This document shows, one piece after another, positions 50,738 through 63,139 of a DNA stretch of 64,000 bases; position 1 is the first letter of the stretch, and the number at the start of each line of letters is the position of its first letter. Where the stretch lies: assembly GCF_001447785.1 (NCBI RefSeq), contig NW_015172561.1, forward strand, positions 619,911 to 683,910, given 5' to 3'. Source of the DNA: Gekko japonicus. Its lineage: Eukaryota. A program made the translations under genes and the position numbers. The notes below the pieces were generated by a model. That model was not told the origin of the DNA. It worked only from the letters and a program-made list of their open reading frames with translations, and searched no databases.

Positions 50738-53098
50738 TAGTGCAATACTCTACTATGCCCAATATCACAGGTAATACAATCCACCATCCAATTGCCCTAT
50801 GTCTAATTGAGGTGGAAGGAAATAAACTTTAGATCTCTCAAAGTTTTTGTGACAACTATTGCAGTCACCACATACACCATTGGCATGTGTATACATGCAA
50901 ACTAGATGTCATGCCTATATTTTCTAGCAAGCTATGACCATGGCCTATTATGCATGAGTGTTTTGCCTCACTTTCACCATGCATATCCGTCAGGTTTTCT
51001 TTTTCATTGCGCACTGATTCCCTCCCCCTTCAGCACTCAGTTTGCTTTCTAGTTGCTGTTTCCCTGGGTTTTCTGATAGCGGTTTTGTACCAATTTCCCC
51101 CTTGCTTTGCTTTTGAGCTGAAAGTAATTCAAAAGGGTACAAATTCCCATGAATTTCCCCCCACACCCCTTTGCTGCCATTCAATGGTCCAATGGTCACT
51201 CCTGCCCACATCAAGGTCATTCTGTCTACTATGTACCTTCTGCCATTCATCGATGTGTCCCTCATTGTTTTAGATTTTAATTTTTTTACAAGTGACATAA
51301 GTCTAGTGATATGAGACTTTTACTAGTCTCGTACCGCTTGTACAAAAAATTCAGCTGGGCGGTGAGAGAAAGCAGCACAGGGCCATGCACACAAGGTGCC
51401 CTCAGCGCCCCATAGGCATATTGAGAGTAGCTGGGCTGCTCTCTCCTGCTGCCCAGTTTAAACTGGGCAGCGGGAGGAGACAGCGAAGAGCTGCACCTGC
51501 AGGGAGCCATTGGGCGTTGCAGAAAGTCAAGATATAAATACTTTAAATAAATTAACAAAATATCTTCTGGGTTAAGTGAGTGAACTGAGCATACTAAGGC
51601 CAAGCCCCCTGCCCCCAGCCAAAATCCTAGATTTAGCACCACCTTATCCTAACTGCAAGTAATGGTATGATGAAAGGAGAAATTTGGAAGGACTCAGAGG
51701 AGCACGTCCTAGATGGTAGTCATTTATTTGATCGTTTTCTTCCTTGAAGAAAAGTTGGGGAAGCTATGAGACAGCAAGCTCTCCAGAACTTCTGCCAGAG
51801 GACTCCTTCCCCGTACAAATTGTAGCCCTGTGCAAAGTGTGGTGGAGTTGCAGGTGACTTTGCACAGGGACACGCACGTGCACGCATACACACGCCGCCA
51901 ACAATCACAGCTTGCAATGCCAGTGTCATTGGGTTCTACCGAGCATTTTGTATACTCAACATGCTCTCTCATATTATGCGATTGTGTGACTCTTTTCCAT
52001 TTTTCACAGTGGCCAATAATGCAGCAGGGAATCCCCTAGTACTCAGCAATATGGAAAATGGGGCTTCGCAGCTGCTTGTCACTTGCAGAAAAAGTCTGGC
52101 CAATTTCAACAGTGGGTTTCCCCCCTTTGCTTGCATTCCTTTCTGTTCCTTTTCATTCAATGAACTAATGATAAAATGCATGCACGAAACCTGAACCACA
52201 AGGATTTAAATGGAAGGTGCTTGCTAGATGCTACTGTGCAGCCAAGATAGGGTGATTGCATAAATTTAAAAAAAGCTTTGGATGCCACCCCCTACGTATC
52301 ACAAGTGATGTTCCACTCCGATTTAGAAAAACTTCATTTTTAAAAATTGTAGCTGCAGAATGAATATACCGGAGGGGAAAAAACAGTGCATAAGGTAGTA
52401 ACAGAATCTGAAGTCAAGCTTAAAGGCTTACAGCTTGGAAAATGTGCAGTAAGCTGTGCATGCATAATAGGCCCATGTGTGGTCAGAGATAGGTCTACCA
52501 TAGATAAGTATCTGTGTGAAACTGAAGGAGGGGAAAAAATCCAATATATCTATCAATCCACTCTGGGGGAAATGCTACTTGGAGACCAACACTAATCCAG
52601 GAATGTGGCTGATGAATAAAGCCAGTAGGGAAAAGAGCAGGTTCAAGGGATTGTGCCAGATCGTAATGCTGCAGTTTACAAAACACAGATGGTTTCAGAG
52701 ATGCACAAAGCACACTTTAAGGAAGGATTCTATCCCCGATGGTTGGGGGGAAAGAATGGCGGCTTGCAGGTCTTTTTGTTTTTTTTAAAGAGGTGCTGGA
52801 ACTCTCAAGAGAGAAATGAAGTTTACAATTTGTATACTGAAAACTCACAAACTTTTACACATTTTTAAAATAATTTTTGTCGAAGAGGTTCTGGAACCAT
52901 TCTGGTGTGTTCCCCCAGAAAAAGAGCCCTGGCTGGCTTGGAAACTGAAGAAAATAGAGAGGGAGGCCAGGTGTGTGGAGAAACAGCAGTATTTTTGTTT
53001 TCATGCACATCCTTGGTCTGTAGTGCAGTCCGTTACTCCATCTGATCCTTCCTTCACTTCATTCTGCTGCATATATAGACCAGGCTTCAGTTTGTGTC

Positions 53099-54503
53099 TG
53101 TTATGTCCTAACAAAGGACCACGCACGCAGGCAGCCGCGCACATGGTCTAGCGAACACACAGAGTCATCCCACAAGACATGGGCCACGCTTCACCTAGAC
53201 TTTGCGGGACCATTCCAGGGGCAAATCTTTTTTATATTGGTGGACGCTTACACAAAATGGTTAGAAGTGGTCCCAGATCCATCCACCTCATCTCAATCCG
53301 CCACATGTGCAATGTGGCGGATTTTCAGCACCCATGGCATCCCGGACTCCTTAGTGATGGACAGTGGGACCGCCTTCACCTCCACCAAGTTCCTAGAGTT
53401 CATGAAATATTATGGGATCCGACACATCTGTTACACGCCATTCCACCTCGCAACCAATGGCCAAGCCGAGCGCATGGTCCGCACAACAAAGGAGGTGCTG
53501 CACCGAATGGATCAAGGGGACTGGGACTACAAACTGGCCACCTTCCTCTTCAACCAAAGAATCACGCCACACTCCACCACCAGCCACAGCCCTGCAGAGC
53601 TACTCATAGGACGGCACCTCACAATGCGGCTTGACCGCCTGCACACCGATAGGGTGTCTGAGCACAGTGCATCCTCTGAGACCCAGATGGCACCATGAGG
53701 GTTTTCCCCAGGGGACCCCATGTACGCCCACAACTATGGCCAGGGCCCTGCATAGATCCCAGACAAGGTAATCTGAGTGACGGGCCCCGTATCTTATGAA
53801 GTTTCTGGGGACAACAGTCAACTGTTGAGGCGGCACATTGATCAGTTACTCCGCTGCCTCCTGCCTGCTAAAACAGATGTACCGGAGGACAGCGAGGATG
53901 AGCGCCTGAGTCAAAAAGAAGGAGAGCTGGGAGATCCTGATGCAAACGCACAACCCCCGGGTCGGCCAAGGGATCCAGCAGAAGCAGAGGCCAGGAACAA
54001 TGCCAAATGGCACCCCAATCCAGGGTCTAGCAGTACACCGGCCCCAACCGAACAGACAGAAGGCCCTCCAGAGCAACTGGTAACCCGGCCTGAACAAGCG
54101 ACCCTGGGCCCCAAGCTACGCCGCTCAACCAGGGAAAGGCGGAGGCCCACCTACCTCAAAGACTTTGGTTGGGGGGAAACCTGGACTATGGGGGGAGGGG
54201 TGATGTCCTAACAAAGGACCATGCACGTGGTAAGCCACGCACATGGTCTAGCGAACACACGGAGCTTCGCGATCTAGAACAATAGACGCTGAGGATCCTA
54301 GAATGGACCTATCGGCCGATCTGGATCCTAGGTTACGTGGGCACTGTAAATAGACCAATCACGGGTGTTGGGTGTGTGTTGGGTGTGGTTTGGAACCGGC
54401 ATATAAGCAGGCCCCTGGGCCCCGCTTTCTTGTCTGTTTCTACCTTCAAATAAATCACGAGCTGAAATCACTTGTCTATGTCTCTTGAACCCAGTACATT
54501 ATA
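53099..54503 (+). mobile_element. Internally deleted Ty3/Gypsy element, unit 1: 5' LTR stub, integrase, PPT, 3' LTR (54201-54503)
   Basis: LHLDFAGPF..VDAYTKWLEV..HGIPDSLVMDSG..NGQAERMV..RITPHSTT; PPT GGGGGGAGGGG; LTR with TATAA and AATAAA. Confidence 0.93.
53162..54211 (+). pseudogene. Gypsy integrase core and C-terminal region (retrotransposon-derived, with in-frame stops)
   Basis: ORFs 53237-53698 and 53777-54211 are in the same frame, separated by stops. Confidence 0.85.
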
Positions 54504-54587
54504 CCATCACAGCATTGTTCTAGGAGCAATCACATTATGCCCCCAAAAGAGTATAACCAGCCACATTCTGTTCAGTAGAGTCTCTCT

Positions 54588-56012
54588 CGCACGCAGGCAG
54601 CCGCGCACATGGTCTAGCGAACACACAGAGTCATCCCACAAGACATGGGCCACGCTTCACCTAGACTTTGCGGGACCATTCCAGGGGCAAATCTTTTTTA
54701 TATTGGTGGACGCTTACACAAAATGGTTAGAAGTGGTCCCAGATCCATCCACCTCATCTCAATCCGCCACATGTGCAATGTGGCGGATCTTCAGCACCCA
54801 CGGCATCCTGGACTCCTTAGTGACGGACAACGGGACTGCCTTCACCGGACTCCTTAGTGATGGACAGTGGGACCGCCTTCACCTCCACCAAGTTCCTAGA
54901 GTTCATGAAATATTATGGGATCCGACACATCTGTTACACGCCATTCCACCTCGCAACCAATGGCCAAGCCGAGCGCATGGTCCGCACAACAAAGGAGGTG
55001 CTGCACCGAATGGATCAAGGGGACTGGGACTACAAACTGGCCACCTTCCTCTTCAACCAAAGAATCACGCCACACTCCACCACCAGCCACAGCCCTGCAG
55101 AGCTACTCATAGGACGGCACCTCACAATGCGGCTTGACCGCCTGCACACCGATAGGGTGTCTGAGCACAGTGCATCCTCTGAGACCCAGATGGCACCGTG
55201 AGGGTTTTTCCCAGGGGACCCCATGTACGCCCGCAACTATGGCCAGGGCCCTGCATAGATCCCAGACAAGGTAATCTGAGTGACGGGCCCCGTATCTTAT
55301 GAAGTTTCTGGGGATGATGGTCAACTGCTGAGGCAGCACATGGATCAATTACGCCGCCTTCTCCTTCTTGCTGAAACCAACATACCGGAGGACAGCGAGG
55401 ATGAGCACCTGAGTCAAGAAGAAGGCGAGCTGGATGATCCTGATGCAGACGCACAACCCCTGGGTCGGTCAAGTGCTCTGGAAGAAGCAGAGGTCAGTGA
55501 CGCCACCGAATGGCACCACAATATGGAGTCCAGCAGAGCACCGACCCCAACCAAGCAGACAGGAGCCCCCCCCCCGGAACAACCGGTAACCCGGCCTGAA
55601 CAAACGACACCGGGCCCTGAGCTACGCCACTCAACCAAGGAATGGCGGAGGCCCATCTACCTCAAATACATTGTTGGGGGGGAAACCGGACTATGGGGGA
55701 GGGGTGTTATGTCCTAACAAAGGATCACGCACGCAGTCAGCCATGCACATGGTCTAGCGAACACACAGAGCTTCGCGATCTAGAACAATGGATGCTGAGG
55801 ATCCTAGAATGGACGTATCGGTCGATCTGAATCCTAGTAAGGACCTATGGTTATGTGGGCACTGTAAATAGACCAATCATGGGTGTTGGGTGTGGTTTGG
55901 AACCGGCATATAAGCAGGCCCTCGGGCCCCGCTGTTTTGTCTCAGTTTCTACCTTCTAATAAATCATGATCTGAAATCACTCGTCTATGCGTCTGGAACC
56001 CAGTACATTTCA
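54588..56012 (+). mobile_element. Internally deleted Ty3/Gypsy element, unit 2, with 3' LTR 55705-56012
   Basis: Same LTR-to-integrase junction as unit 1; 37-bp internal duplication at ~54810-54883; LTR TGTTATG...TTTCA. Confidence 0.93.
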
Positions 56013-56055
56013 GTGGCCATCACTACACTTTACACTACACTCTGTAAGTTACTTA

Positions 56056-56056
<1 letters not shown>

Positions 56057-56090
<34 letters not shown>

Positions 56091-56135
56091 TCTCTCTCTT
56101 CCTTCCTTCCTCCCTCTCTCCCTCCCTCCCTCTCC
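56057..56135. repeat. (TCTG)n followed by a CT-rich simple repeat
   Basis: Directly visible. Confidence 0.9.
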
Positions 56136-56154
56136 TATCCTCTCCTTTTATTTT

Positions 56155-56368
56155 ATTTATACCCATATTTTCTCCCCATTGAGGACTCAAAGTGGCTTAC
56201 AATATCATCCCCTTCTCCATTTTATCTTCACAACAACCCTGTGAGGTAGGCTAGGCTGAGAGGTGTGTGTGACTGGCCCAAGGTCACCCAGCAAAGTTAC
56301 ATGGAGAAGCATGGTTTTAACTGGGTCTCCCAGATCCTAATCCAACAATCTAACCAGTACACCACATT
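56155..56368 (-). mobile_element. Older MIR/Squam3-like SINE
   Basis: CACAACAACCCTGTGAGGTAGG..GACTGGCCCAAGGTCACCCAGC. Confidence 0.75.
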
Positions 56369-56464
56369 ACTTCCTTTAGTTTTGCCTTTAGTCTTGCCCA
56401 TCAATTTCATTGAGTCGTAGTCTTACAGTATTACAGTATCATTGAGCTGTAGTATTACAGTATC

Positions 56465-56638
56465 ATTGAAGGGAAAAGAAGAAGGAGATGGCAACGGATG
56501 AGATGGTTAGTGTTATTGATGCAACAAACATGAAATTAAGCAAACTCTGGAGCACAATGGAAGACAGGCGGGCCTGGCGTGATATGGTCCACGGGGTCGC
56601 GAAGAGTCGGACATGACTGTGGCACTGAACAACAACAA
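56465..56638 (+). mobile_element. BovB (RTE) 3' end
   Basis: Degenerate IEGKRRRR..RMRW C-terminus followed by GTCCACGGGGTCGCGAAGAGTCGGAC..(AAC)n. Confidence 0.9.
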
Positions 56639-58249
56639 GTATTACCACAGAGAGAAGGAAAACATTCTGTTACACTCACCATTCCAGAATTTTGTAAGTT
56701 TCTAGCATGCATCCCCATACCTTTTTAATGGAATGTGCTTAGTGGCCCTTTTTGTAGAAAGAACACTAACAATAATTATCCCTTATGCCATGTCAGAATG
56801 CTCAAAGCACTTACTCATACATCAAATCCAGAATACTTACAGCCACTTTGTAGTATACATAATTTGATTAAATAATGTTGACCTGAAGTGAGGGAAGACC
56901 TAGTAGAAGATGATGAAAGTAAAATGCCTTATAAATAACATTAATATACAAAGCAACAAGGCGTTGGCTTAATAGGAACTTAACTCATGTCCCAAACAAA
57001 ACAAAGTTGACAAGGCATTAAGAGTTTTGGCATTAAATCTCACTGAAACATAAATGCAAAGACTCCATTCACACATAAAGCAACATAGGACTTGATATTT
57101 CTTTCTCTGTATGAAATGGCCTTGCCTCTTTGGAAAGATAATTATGTCTGTAGTGTTCAGTCGCTTGTTTCTTAAATGTTGCATGTTCTCCATCTTTCTC
57201 TACAAGCATCCTTTTTACTGAAGACACTTAAGGGTGACAAACACAGGCATCATACCCTACTTAAAATGGGAACCCAGATTAACAAATGTGCAGATGTTGT
57301 GCAAAGTCAGTACAAGGGCTGGCAAGGGAAGGGGGAAGGATTGGCACTGGAGGATCCCTGCATTCCTAAGGCTAATGCTGCATAGGGAACCCACCATTCA
57401 CATACCATCTGCAGAGGCTGTTTATTTGACAGAGATAGCTGTGCTATATGTTTACTACGTTGGTGGAGCTTTGCCTTTTATTTCATCAATACATTTGATT
57501 CACACTATTGTTAGTTTTAAAATTACACCCCAAATATAGTTCCTGAAAATTCACACAAAAAAATAGGAGCCACGCAAACAACAACTCGGCCTATAATTTA
57601 ATGTCTAAGAAGCAGTGGGTGCCCATTTAAAGGCTTCTTCCAGACAAAAGCAAACATTTGTTTGCACAATGACACTCCAAATCAATACAGGACTCATTGA
57701 GGTTTGATTATGCTTCAGATGTTCTTTTCTTAAGAACAGAAGGGAACAGAATATGGGTGAGAATATCTTTAGCTAGATTATTCCATCCAGCCTATTTTTT
57801 CAGTTTAATAACTTTTACCACCCAAAGTGTTTTTCGTCTGAATCACATGCATCCTCAGTTTTAGTCTATGACACTGTTAATATTCCTTTGAGGGATGGGG
57901 ATGAGTCTGACAGTTTTTTTAACCCAAGGAACATGTAAGGTACTAGGAATCCTGAACCAGGCACTTTGGTAATCTGACTCAGGCACCTTACTCTTCCCTC
58001 CATTTTGGTAGCGTCTTAGAGGAAGGAGTTGCAGGACATCTGTCTACTGTTTCCAGCAACATTACTTCAGATGGTCAGGGAGTGGTGACATAAATAGGAG
58101 CTCTGCAGAGGTCAGAAGCCCCAACAGGGTTCTCATCCCATGATATGCCTGATTCTGGCCTAGCTGTTCAGCCTGACCAACTCATTACTTAGGGGCAGAC
58201 TAAGTTGCCTTCCCACCTGCCCATCCTCTCTCCAGACCTTCCTGACAGA

Positions 58250-58700
58250 CATGTAATAATGTGTGGCTGAACTGGGTTTTTTATCTAGTCAAAACCCAAT
58301 ACTCCATGTCATAATCAATGCTAGTTTTTACTTCTGCATCTTATCCAATATGTGGGTTGGATCTTGTTGAAAATTACCAGTGATAGAAGAATTGTTGTCA
58401 GTGGAGCACAATGTTCTTGCCTTCCCCCTCTTGCTGCAGCTCAAAGTGCCCCTCCAAAAACCGTTCCTGGAGGGGGGGGATCTCCAGGAACAATATGAAG
58501 GAGCAGTCCACAGGAGGGGAGGAGGTTTCCACCTTCCATCAGTGGAAATGTTCAGTGGAATCCAACCCAGAAACACAGGTGAGAGTGGTCCCTTTCAGCT
58601 GAGCCCACCAGGGAAGGGGAATATTTCAGCCATGGGTGGGTACAAGAGATGTGTCAAATGTTTCTGGCAAATCATCATGATGAGGTAGTGAAAGTGCATA
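58250..58700 (-). mobile_element. Very old L1/Tx1 RT relic
   Basis: Ordered weak motifs DLPETFDT (compare DAEKAFD), TFPLMEGG..GLLLHIV (compare RG.RQGCPLSGLLF.IV) and LCSTDN (compare YADD). Confidence 0.35.
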
Positions 58701-58847
58701 AATTATGTACTGAAGATAAGCCAGTACTTAAAAGGCTATCAATTATAACTTCTTTGTCCCAGAGTAACAGACAGCTTCACTCTTTGGACAGTGTGGTAAC
58801 TAGCCCATTAAAATGTTGAAATAAATTCAAATAAATAAAGCTACTAT

Positions 58848-59561
58848 GGCCCCGGTCACACGGGCAGGAAAATGCGGGGGGGAAGCGTGGCTGTTTGCCC
58901 CGGAGCAAAATAACGTGCGGTTGCACGATCAGACGTACCGTAGAGGTCCCGTGGTTAGGGGGGAGGTGCCGATCACAGGACAATCCTGCGGCGCGGCAAA
59001 GAAGCGGCCTCTCTAGCAAAAGGCTCCGCGGGTTTAACCCCTTCCAGGGCTGCAGAGGAATGCAAACTGTGTCCTCCATCCGGTCCCCTACAGGAGGAGC
59101 TTCAGCCGGGCCGCCCTCCCGCCACGCCCCCCGCACCTCCCCCTCTGTCGCCCGGTGAAGAGAGTTCCTCTCGAGCAGGCTGAGCCAGGAGTGGGGGGGT
59201 ACGGAAAAGAGGAGGGGGCTGTATTGTTTGTTTTTAAACAAAGTGTGCGCATGGGCCATTGGGTGCTTGTGTGCATCCCGTGGAGACTTGGGGGGGGAAA
59301 ACCTTTTAGCGATGGGACATGGGCGGGCGCTGGATGCCACGACCTACCACCGGAAACGCAATCAGGCGCCCGCCCTTGCCTCATGGTTTCTGGAAACTAG
59401 TACCTCGGAGGTACTAGTTTTTTACCCCGCATCTTCAGCGGGAAGCCTCAGGTTCGCCACGGGAGTTCTATGCTTCCCAGATGTGGCGCTGTGATCGCGC
59501 CCGGGAAATCCGCCTATCTTCCGTCTCTGTAGCGTGGCTAATGCTCTGTGTGACCGCAGCC
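58848..59561. mobile_element. PIF/Harbinger-like non-autonomous element, CpG-rich
   Basis: TIR GGCCCCGGTCACAC / GTGTGACCGCAGCC. Confidence 0.78.
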
Positions 59562-59888
59562 CACTACACCAAACTGAAGATGAGTGTATGCCTCCCAACT
59601 GCAGGAATTTACACTGGTTTGCTTGCCAGCACCAGCAAGCTGCACAATGCAGAAGGCCCAAAGCACACCTAAGTTGTCATGCTATGTAGAAAGAAGCAAA
59701 TTGTGCCATCTGGCCTAGGGCCAGATGTACATGCATGTGACCACTTGTAGATTGTACCATTAAGCAATGATTTGCATATGTAAAGGTGTTATTGCCAATT
59801 AATTACCACAGACAGAACCTTTTCCATCACCCCATCTCACCTCATCCAAGTTATATTGAAAGCTCACAATGTACTCTATAGTCAACGA

Positions 59889-61830
59889 TAGGGATGGGCA
59901 CAAACTGGGAAAATGTTGTTTGGTTTGTGGCAGACCCATGGACTGTCATGGGGGAAAACCTGCTTGTATTAACTATACCTGTTCAGGAGTTTGTAATGCA
60001 GTAGAATGGTCCCCCAGTATGCTAGAGACACTAAACTTGCAGCAGATTTCTGACTGACTCGCCTCTACCTGTCCCCCAAGTTTGGTGAAACTAGAATTTA
60101 TGGGGCCCTGGTTATGCCTCCCCCAAAGAAGGTGCTCCCAGGAATGTACTTTCTGGGGGAATGAGGTTCAGGAGTGTATTGAATGGCCTCCTGGCATGCT
60201 AGAGACATCAAACTTACAGCACACCTCTGGCTGACTCACCTCTACCTGCCCTACAAGTTTGGTGAGGGCTGGATTTACGGAGTCTGAGTTACACCCCACA
60301 AAGAAGGTGCCCCCATACTCCATTGTTACCAAAATAAAACACCAAGGGCGGAAACCCAGCTGAACAGAAACAGGATCAAAGTCCCCAGGAATCTCTCCAG
60401 TAGAAACTGAAGGGGGGGGGGACCTTTTTTGCTAACCCAGCAGAACCAGGGCAATGTGCCTTGCAATCACCTGAGACCCAAACCAGAGTGCAATGACATA
60501 TGTAGGTATAGTAGCTCCAATTCTTGAGATGTATGTAGATGTGGCTTCAAGCCCTGAGAAGGGGGTAGACGTGGTGGGTCAAAAGCCCTGAGAAGTGGTT
60601 AGACATGGTGGCTTGAAGCCCTGAGAAGGAAGTACATGTGGTGGCTCAAATGTCCCAAGTCCACCACTGATACCCAGCCCCCAAAGTGTGCAATGATGTA
60701 GGTAGACATGGTGGCTCCAAGCCCTGAGTCCACCTCTAAACCCAAACCCTAAAGCTCCAAGCCCTTGGAAGGAAGTAGACATGGTGCGTTGAAGCCCTGA
60801 GACAGAAGTAGATGTGGTGGCTCCAAGCCCTAAATTCATGCCTGACACCCAAACACAAACCAGTGTGCAACAAGGTATGTTGACATGGAGGCTGGAAGCT
60901 CTGAGAAGGAAGCGGACATGGTAGTTGGCTTGAAAGCTCTGAGAAGGAAGTAGAAATGATGGCTCATAACCCGGAGAAGGAAGTAGACATGGTGGGAAAA
61001 AGCCTTGGGCTGGAAGTAGGTGTGGTGGGTCAAAGCCCTGAAAAGAAAGGAGATGTGGTGGCTTGGAGCCCTGAGAAGGAAGTAGATGTGGTGACTTGAA
61101 AGCCCTGAGAAAGAAATAGATGTAGTGAATCAAAGCCCTGAGACAGAAACAGATGCACTGTGTCAAAAGCCCTGACAAGGAAGCAGACTTGGTGACCAGC
61201 CCCACCCGGGGCTGAAACTTGCAGCCAGTATCCAAAAGTGAGACAGAAAGGTGGGCACCCCCAGACTTTTGATGGGAGCTCCCCAAAGTACCCCCATGGC
61301 AGCAGGGAGGGTGTAATGAATGGGATACTCAGCCGAGGTTTGCACTATCTAGGGCAGAACCAGACAGGTGCAGAGCACACACCAGTGGTGGTGTTCTATG
61401 CAACTCTGCACCTGTGTCCAGAGCGCACCCAATCAGCACAGCAAATACTTCTATTCTGTGGATAAGTGGAAACATATGTGAAGCTGGCAGGGGCTACTCC
61501 TCAAGTCTAAAAAGACAGGTTAGGAGGGACAGAAAGGCAAACTAGGAATTCCCAGAGTTTCATTGGAGGCTCCAAAAAGTACTCCCATGGCAGCTGGAAG
61601 GGTATAATGAATGTGGGTACTCAGCAGAGGAACCTACTAGTTAGGACAGAGACAAACAGATGCAGAGTACACCCACCAATGGTCTGCAGTGTATCTGCCT
61701 GCTTACAGCCCCATGGCTGAAAAATGTAGCCATTATCTGAAAGACAGATGGAAAGGCGGGCACCCCCAGACTTTTGAAAGGGGCTCCCCAAAGTACCCCC
61801 ATGGCAGCAGGAAGGGTATAAATGTTTGAA
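59889..61830. mobile_element. Composite repeat-rich element (hAT-like left end) with internal subrepeats
   Basis: Starts TAGGGATGGGCAC; two ~130-bp repeats at 60003-60140 and 60181-60315; three ~80-bp repeats near 61241, 61528 and 61742; encloses a minisatellite. Confidence 0.45.
60530..61200. repeat. Minisatellite, ~33-bp unit AGCCCTGAGAAGGAAGTAGA(T/C)(G/A)TGGTGGCT(T/C)(G/A)A
   Basis: More than a dozen degenerate units visible. Confidence 0.9.
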
Positions 61831-62609
61831 ATTATGGATTGCCATTTCCATGTTGACAATGACCATTAAATAATTGCTGATGTTCACCCATTCATCTCTG
61901 CAATTGTGGGATCCCCCAAATGTATGAGGGATTGTTAACATCATTTTGCATTTACTGTTGCATACATATTTCATCTCACGCTGTTTTTCCTTATGCCCTT
62001 GCACATGCATATGTGGGCTTTGATTCTTCACCCTAACATTGATGGTCCTCAGTGAGATTAACACAGCTAGTAAGGTCAGCTAATGCACCCCATTTGTAAA
62101 TGAGATGGCAAGTCAGAAAGTGCTCCAGAACGTGGTGTGCATATGGTTGCTGATAAACATGTTGGCATCGCAAATTGTGGCAGTGTGTCTTAATAGCTAG
62201 CTTGTTTTTCCCATCTGGATTTATTTTGCGAAGTCATACATTCATCTCTCAGTGCCCCCCCCTTCCCCAAACAAAAAGTACAAGAAAGAAAGTGATCCTT
62301 TAGTAAAGAAGAAACGTTTGGTTCCTTTCTGTCAAGACTTCAGTATCTCATTAGCATCTGCTTTTGTGGCTGTTGTTGTTGTTTGGCTGTTGGAAGCTGA
62401 AGGTAAAATTCAATAACTGCAAACGATGCCTCTTTTGGCAGTGACTCCCAATAAAGGGTAAGGAAAACAAAAGTAAAATAAGAGATAATACTTAGGGATT
62501 TATTCCTTTGTCATGGAAGGATCCTGTTATGAAACAGAGTCAAAGCATACAGGACCTCTTTCCTTTTGTCTCCATGTTAAAATCAATTTTTCTTAGATTT
62601 TGTTAAAAG

Positions 62610-62724
62610 TTATATATGGGCAGTTTCCTACAAGCTGGGGTAGTAATAGTCTAATGAAGTGCTCATAGTATATATGGGCAGTTTCCTACAAGCTGGGATA
62701 GTAATAGTCTAATGAAGTGCTCGT
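62610..62724. repeat. Tandem duplication, 2 x ~59 bp
   Basis: TATATATGGGCAGTTTCCTACAAGCTGGG..TAGTAATAGTCTAATGAAGTGCTC occurs twice. Confidence 0.92.
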
Positions 62725-63139
62725 AGGTATCCCACTAGCAGGTACAGCAGGGCTCAAATGAGAAGCCTCGCAGAGGAAGCTTTGCTTTTCTTCTCCTTGC
62801 ACTGACGGGTTCTGGGTGGAGTAGAAACCATCGGCCATTCAAACCAGGGCACCAGCTTCACCACTGAGAACTGTCTGGGCCCTGAGAATCCAACAATCCC
62901 AGGGTTCAACTGCACATTTTTTGTTTTCTCCCATGTTTATTTTAAGTAGGTTTTTCTGTTTTCCAAATTTAGCTGCTAGGTTTGCTTTATCAAAGAGGAC
63001 AATGGCATGGGGTATTTGTACAATTCTTCCAATACAGGGGGAAAGCAGCTCAGGGATAGTTTTTGAAGCAAGAAAATGGGCAGGGGATGTTCCTGACCAC
63101 GATAAGGCAATCTTGGTAGTTAAATTTGCAAAAGAAAAT

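Noticed and set aside
60530-61200. CRISPR-like periodicity
   Set aside because: Vertebrate DNA with contiguous degenerate units, no unique spacers and no cas genes.
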